Of a stretch of DNA of 64,000 nt, positions 21,961-64,000 are shown piece by piece. Source of the DNA: the human T2T-CHM13v2.0 reference genome, Homo sapiens. Location of the stretch: NCBI RefSeq assembly GCF_009914755.1, contig NC_060935.1; one strand, written 5' to 3'. Position numbers and translations under genes: made by a program. Position 1 is the first letter of the stretch; every line of letters begins with the position of its first letter. Below the pieces are notes generated by a model, which worked only from the letters and a program-made list of their open reading frames with translations, searched no databases and was not told the DNA's origin.

Positions 21961-21966
21961 TTTATT
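21961..21966 (-). terminator. KLHL35 polyadenylation signal AATAAA
   Basis: tttatt on the + strand, about 123 nt after the stop codon. Confidence 0.75.
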
Positions 21967-22088
21967 TATACAAGAAAAGGGACCATTAAGTTAAGGGCTG
22001 TTTGCGTGGAGGTGCCATGAGGGAGCAGAGTGTGCATCTGAGCTCCGCCTGCCTCTCCGCCTCCTGGCTCAGGCTGTCCAAATCTGAA

Positions 22089-30138
<8,050 letters not shown>

Positions 30139-32551
30139 CCTGCCGGGGAGAGAACACAAACAGCGTCGGGGAAGCCACCTGGCTGCGCCCGGGAGAGGCG
30201 ACAGCCCTCATCCGTTTATTTCCTCTCTTGACCATTTGTTCAGCGACTCTCCCCTCCGTTCAGCATCCAGGTTCCTTACGGCTACAGTGCCCCAGCCCCG
30301 CCTCACCAGCGCGACATTCTGCCCTGCCTACCCACTCAGACACAGTGCCCTTTTCGGTTCTTCAAACTTGCTAAGCGTTTTCCTATCGATATCTGCAGGT
30401 AACAGATGGCACGCTCTCAAATAGGGTAATCGGAGGAGGGTCTAATAAAGGAACTATTTTCAACAGCGGAGTAGGCGTTAGGGACTCCAGTAGGAGTAGG
30501 GCTGTGTCCCAGGATACTAACAGCAGGGCGCCTTGGCCGCCCCGGGGTCTGTAGCGGGAGAGCAGGGAAGTTACTGGAACCTGGAAATATATCTGTGTAA
30601 GGAGGGTCCCGTGACAGGAGCTGAAGCCCTGGGTCAAGGGACTCAGGCTGCCCCACAGAGACCCAGTGTGTGCATGTGCAGGGGAGAGAGGGTACAATAA
30701 CTCCACCGCCCTCTGCTCAATCCAGCCTGTCTCCTGCCGATCTCCGGTAGGTGCTGGACACTGACCACACCCTGAGCACTCCCCTGACAGACAGCATCAT
30801 ACACACAGCTTTCGCGCAAACGAATTCGACAAGTATTTATTGGGAGCCCTTTCTGTGCCAGGCAGTGAGCAAGACAACCATAGTTACGGTGTGCCCGGAG
30901 CTCCCAGCCTGGCGGGGGTGCCATGGGGAGGCACCGGGTGTTAGGGGAGTTCATAGAAGGGCCGCTGGACCCAGGTGGAGGGGAGTCAGGGAGGGCGTCC
31001 CTGAGGGGAACCTTCCAGCTGAGAAGGATGGGCGAATTCTGAAAGGTTAGAGCCCAGGCTGAGGGAAGCTGGCCCTCTCTCTAGTGAGTTCTCTTGGTGT
31101 TCTCCAGGTAGCACCGTCAGAAAGTGGAAAGAACTCTAGGGACAAATGGGGATTCTAACCCAGTGCCTGCCACAGGCTTACGGTGTGGCCGGGGCAAGTC
31201 ACTCCTCTCACCTGCCCGCCCTGGCCTCAGTTATCTCATCTGAAATGGGATCATCATCCCTACCTCACAGGGCTGTGGCTTCATGACTATTACATGGGCT
31301 GTATGAAAAGTGCTAGTACACAGTACGAGCTACATGGGTGTTTCCCTATATTGCTTTTACTCAAGAGGAAGGGAGGACACTGTGTGTGCCAGTTGCTTTT
31401 ATAGACATAATTTAATTTCATCCTCACAAGCTGAGAAGTTTCTTTAGCCCACACCTGCCCCTTTAGTTTGTCATAAGGGAAACAAGCACACACAGGACAC
31501 CCGCCCTTCAGAAGTTTGCGGCGAGGCTCAGCAGAGGGGTGTTTGTGAAGGCGCTCTGCAGACTGAGGGGCTGGGCCATGCTGGTTATGATTTGGCCATT
31601 ATGAACACAAAACCTCTGCTTGCACACCTCCAGGGACAGGGAGCTCCCTCCTTTCCATCAGCTTACTCTAGGGGGCTCAGGTCCACCCTCTGCGCCCTGC
31701 CTCTCCTTCCATCCTCCTGCTCCCAGCTGCTCTGCTGCCTCTGGAGGTCAGATCCCGCCTAGTGTCAGCCTGGCTTTCATGCCCTGGTCATCCAGGGCAG
31801 CGGATCCCCTGGTCAGCATCATGAGAGATGAGCTCCCTGGTGGGCAAGAAAGTTAACTACTTTTGCCCAAGTAGAGCGACTGGATCCTGAATCCACCTGG
31901 CTCCAGGGTTTGCATGCCACACTTGCCAGGGTGGGGGTGTGTCCCAAGGAGCAGCCAGGACCGGTGGAAGGAAGTGAGACCGGTCATCACAGCACGCTGC
32001 AACCAGTCTGTCCTCCACTGGCTCAGAAAGCACAACCATGCTCTGAGTTGAGACTCAAGAGGGCAGGTCTCATCAGCATAAGGATGGACTTCTTGCAAAG
32101 GTGCCCCACAGCACAAGCAGCTCCCTGGGGGAGAAAGAGTCCCCTCCTAGGAAGTGTGTCAGTACTTTTTCATTTTACTGTCTACTGCGCTGGGCACTCT
32201 GGACACACAGTGACATCAGATCCAGCATTCACTCTGGGGATCCCCAGTCTGGGGGTCAAACGACACCCAGTTGGAACACAGAAGGTAAAAATTCCCAGGT
32301 AGGGCTCAATGGGTATCCTCCCTTCTCGGCTGAGTCTAGGCACTTCAAGCCAGGGGTCATGATGCAGATTGAAGGGCCCAGCCTATAGAAGCTGACTCGA
32401 ACATGCCACCATCACTCTTTTACACACCCACATCCACTTGAAGCCATTACCCAAGCACCTCCTCCGCATCCTCCCCATCTCAGACTTGCGGACACCACGC
32501 AGCCGGGTCAGCCCTGCAGCCTAAGCCTTGCCCCATGCACCTGGCACTTAC

Positions 32552-32710
32552 CTGGCCATACCCTCTCCCAAGTGCTCCGCAGCTGCTGCTCTCACAGGTA
32601 TCACTCCCGTTTGTGCCTGCCGCCCGCACCCCTGGCAGCCCAAGCTCCAGTGTTCATGCTGCTCTGCCCAGACTCCCGTTTGCTGTTCGCTCGGGCTCAG
32701 CTGCGGGAGG
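32552..32710 (-). other. KLHL35: Probable KLHL35 upstream exon 1
   Basis: Perfect donor CAG|GTAAGT at 32552/32551 with local CpG enrichment. The coding exon begins at an acceptor, so an upstream exon is required. The 5' end is approximate. Confidence 0.6.
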
Positions 32711-34161
32711 ACAAAGGGGCTGGACGCCAGGAGGGAGGGGAAGGGAGGGGAAGGGAGAAGCGAGCAGGGAGGGGGATGCTGGGCTTTTGTTCCACTCTTG
32801 GACTAGCCCTGGGAGGGAGGGAAAGAAAGGGGGGGCATAAGAGTGGGATTGACTGTGTGTGGAACTCCAGGATTTGGTATGCCTGGGTTTGGGGGTGACC
32901 TGGTGCTGGCCTTGTCCCGGAATGACGATGGGTTCGAAGGTGTGTGGTGCTGGAGTTGGGGTGTGGGAGGGGTGTCATCATGCAGTTGTAGGCATGTAGG
33001 TTTCAGGGTGACTATGCGTGATTGTGGAAGTACATGGAATGAAGTGACTGTGTAGCATTGGGCTGCGTGTGGACATGTGGCTGTGTGACCATGTAGATGC
33101 CAATGTGACTAAGCATGTGGGGCGGGGGGCACAGTGGCTCTGAGTCTCATTCCCTTGAGCTCAGGGAGAGGCGGGAGCTGACCTCTGCCCCAGGAAGCAG
33201 AGCACTTGCCAGACATTCAGTAGCAGGGGCAGGAGGGCCGGTCCTCGAGGTTACTGTGGGGGCCCAGTGGAGCTTCCAACATTTGCAGAGGGCTCTTTTC
33301 TTTTTTACCTATAAGGTGCCAGAATCTCCTAGACCCCAAGAATTCTATCCAGAAGATCCCTGTTTGGAAGAGACACGTCCCTTGGCTCCCAGGAAGCATG
33401 GAGTTAATTTGATGCAGGCTGGAGCTGGGGCTCAGCTTCCCCCTTTTCCCTCAGGTCACACCCATGACCAGGCAGACTCTCAGGACAAAGAGGGGAGTTA
33501 CAGGCCTGCTCTGACACCACCACTGACTCCTGCCCACAGACAGCAGAGGTCCCAAGGACTGGAAGGAAAGGACACCTGTGGTCCCAGGGCTGTACTTTGG
33601 CTTTCAGCTCAGGTGCCCCCAGTCCTGGGCATGGGCATGGGCCCTCCTCAGGCAGGTCCAAAGCTCGGAGAAGTCAAAGCCAAACTCCTGGCATGGGGAA
33701 GAGGCCTCCCTGTGCTGAGGGCTTGTCCCAACATAGCCGGGAGGTTCAGAATGCCTTCATGTGGCTGTGAGGGCACCTGCCAGTCCCACTCCCAGCCCTA
33801 CATTGGACCCAGGAGCCCTCCCCCTCTGCGTGTCATTCCTAGCTTATGGGAGGCACACATATGCGCTGGGGCCAGAGTCTGGATGGGATTCTGGCTTGGC
33901 CTGTTCTAAGCTGTGTGGCTTTTGGAGGTCACTTTACCTCTCCAAGACTGTCTCCCCATCCACCATATGAGGATACCGGCTCCCAGCCACTGGCACCATG
34001 GCGGACCCAGGGAAGGGGAGGCACCATTCTGCCACTTTCCCATTCATTCCTGAGAATGGTTCCTCCTCAGATTATAGGGTCAGAACTGAAACCTAGACCC
34101 AGCGCACTTGTCCCCACCCTCCTGCTGGCAATTCAGAGACAACACACATCAAGATGGCAGC

Positions 34162-34167
34162 TTTAAT
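34162..34167 (-). terminator. GDPD5 polyadenylation signal ATTAAA
   Basis: tttaat on +, about 850 nt after the stop, followed on - by the GU-rich gatgtgtgttgtc. Confidence 0.7.
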
Positions 34168-35015
34168 CACATTGGCCAAGGGCCCTAGGTTCCCTCTGTT
34201 CAGGCCCACTTAGCCACACACCCACCCTGGCCATATCCAGAACACTTCTACCAGGTGGGCCCTGCCCTGTGGCCACTGATGTGGGAACCTGAGGTCACAT
34301 CAGTCTGTGGACTCCTGGGTTAGGTGACCCTTCTGCCTTGAGGTCTGCTGGACACCTGGGCATGGGATCCAGTAGTCCTGAGCTCACTCTTTTGGCCATC
34401 TCCAGCTGCTCCTAGGGGACGTGGCTCAGGCCCGCTCCTGGGGCAGGGGGTTGGCGGTGGCATGAGGTGGGTTGGGGAGGAGGACGTGTCTCCACATTGC
34501 AGCTGGCTTCCTCCTGGGCTGAACCTCCTTGTGCTTTGAGACTGACAGGAAGAGCAGAGTTGCTTCAGGTAGAGGCTCGGCCCAGGCCCTTGGGGCAGGA
34601 TAACAGCAGAGAACTCAGGTGCCTCCTGGCACAGACAGGAGGACAGATGGCACAGGTGAGCATCCACACACTCCATTGCCACAGGGGGTATGGCATGGCC
34701 CATGACCCATCAAAGCTTCCAGGTCGGGATACAGGAGAGGGCCTCAGAAGAGGGGGACCAAGCCCTAGGCCCCATACTTCCCAGAAGGAGCCCCAGGCCT
34801 GCAGGGGCATCTGAAAGGATGGAGTCCTGGCCCAGCTGGGCCTCAGGGGACAGGGAGTCCCCCTCAAGAGAGGCTGCGGCTGACAAGGGGCTGGAGCCCA
34901 CAAGGAGGCTGTGGAGCCCGCTCCCAGAGCACTCCGAGTTCAGACACACTTCCACCAGCTCTCCTAGGCTCCCCAGCTTCTGTGTCAGGTACAGGTGGGA
35001 CAGACATGTCTTCAG

Positions 35016-62398
<27,383 letters not shown>

Positions 62399-64000
62399 CT
62401 GGAAGAGCAGAGGAGGAGGGGATTAAGTGGGTCAGGGGCCAGCCCCTTAGGCTGCCTCCCACCAGAATGTGTCCTCCTCCCTCCCACTTTGTAGCCAAAC
62501 CTGCCAGGCAGGAATTCCTGCCCTCTTTACCCTGGGAGAAACTGAGGTTCAGAGAGGGGAAGTGACCTGTCCACCATCACCAAGCCCAAAGTCACAGAAA
62601 GGTGGAGAGCCAGGGGCAGTCAGGGCCTCCCCCCCTGGGGCTGTGCTCTTTTTACTGTGGTCTGCAGCCTTTCCATCGTGTACTGCTCTCCCTATTCTGG
62701 GGACGGCTCCCTTGGCGCTGGCACAGTGATCGGCAGTCTGTGAAGTCACATCCCTCACACACATGCCTACAAAGCAGGCACTCTTCTTCTCCACCTCTAC
62801 CCCGTGCTACCGAGAAAAACACTGAGGCCCAGAGAGGCCAAGTGACTTGCCCAGGTCACACAGCAAGTTAGCAGAGGATTAAGGAAGAAGTACAGAAGTG
62901 CCATGTTCTGCTGCCTCCACTGGGCCAGATACCCCTGTCTCCAGCCAGGTGGAAGTGGGGTGGCGGGGGACACTGACACCACCACTGCTGTTTCCTGAGG
63001 GGCCAGCTCAGGCGTCTGCAGGCACTTCCTCCTGGCCCTCCAATTTCTCCCTGCTTTCATCCGTCCCCTTATCTTGGAAGCACAAAAAGCTTGGAATATC
63101 CTGCATCCCGGGAAACTGCTGAGATCATCAGAACAAGTCAACAGCCCTTGAGGGGAGGTCAGTGTGAGGAAGAACCAAGACTACATTTCCCTTGAGGGTG
63201 TAAAGTCACAGAGGCAGCCCTACGTCTGAGCTCCCTGCTATGTTTCTAAACCATCCCAGTTTAACCTCTTCATGGCTCCTTACTGATAGCCAAGCAGGAG
63301 TGTGGCCCCCTGACCTCTCCAGCTTCGACCTACACAACCAGTTCCTGCAACCTGGAAGGGCCACTGCCTCTGGGCTTGTTCCCTGAACATTCCCACTCAC
63401 CTTTCAAGTCAGCTCAAATATCACTGCTTCTGTGAAGCCTCCCTGGATTCACCCTGCTACCCTCGTGCCTGCCGCGGTGCGCCCGCAGCATTGGCATCCC
63501 TCTGTCTAAACTCACGCTCTGCACACCATGACCTGCTCACTGTGTCCCCCAGACAAGTGTGGGTTCTGCAAGGACAGAGACTGAGCCGACTTCCACTCTA
63601 CTAGTACTTTATGACCACATGCAGGATTGGGCAGGAAGGAGGGAAAGTCTTCTCACTGTCCAGAATCCTTCCATCCCACACCATGCAAAGATACCATCAG
63701 TCTGCCCAGGAACCTCAGATCCCTGTCACCACTTACAAGCTGTGTAACTCTGGGCAAAGTACTCATTCTTTCTGTGACTCAGTTTTCACCTCTATGAAAT
63801 GAGGGCAATACTAGTACTTATGCCATGGGGTTGATGGAGAATTAAATGAGATAATACAAGTCAGGTGGCTTGGTGAGCACTCAGCACACTACCAGTGTAT
63901 CTGTGACATCCTCTGCCTCTCCAGAACGTAGGAAAGGCCTTCACACCCTAATGGTCCATGACTCCATACCCACTAAGGGCCTGCTCCGTGCCTCGCCCTG

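Noticed and set aside
30139-30159. Extended KLHL35 N-terminus MCSLPGR from the ORF track
   Set aside because: It uses a non-ATG start and reads through the polypyrimidine tract and AG acceptor of the intron.
33115-33909. 264-aa + strand ORF between KLHL35 and GDPD5
   Set aside because: It has no domain or family resemblance, and long chance ORFs are expected at this GC content. PhyloCSF or Ribo-seq support would be needed.

Overview
This is human-type (primate) genomic DNA, recognisable from its proteins as the RPS3-KLHL35-GDPD5 locus (human 11q13.4). On the + strand the window opens inside SNORD15A (RPS3 intron 1), followed by RPS3 exons 2-7 with SNORD15B in intron 5. An Alu-dense interval follows, containing a 5'-truncated SVA nested in Alus and a MaLR LTR. 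On the - strand lie the complete KLHL35 gene (6 coding exons, 583 aa BTB-BACK-Kelch, plus a probable upstream exon 1) and the 14 3'-most coding exons of GDPD5/GDE2 (566 aa; the first coding exon is outside the window). I read all exon boundaries from GT/AG sites, and the frames close exactly. I found no new protein-coding system; most listed ORFs are Alu, SVA or GC-rich shadow frames. The most unusual signals are: (1) a cluster of locally templated insertions with template-switch/snap-back junction scars, clearest inside an Alu at 59.86-60.01 kb; (2) a possible in-frame GDPD5-KLHL35 read-through fusion; (3) transposon-donated alternative RPS3 3' ends, one convergent with KLHL35; (4) dual-guide SNORD15 with a short match to its own host intron; (5) a 254-residue lysine-free KLHL35 N-terminus.
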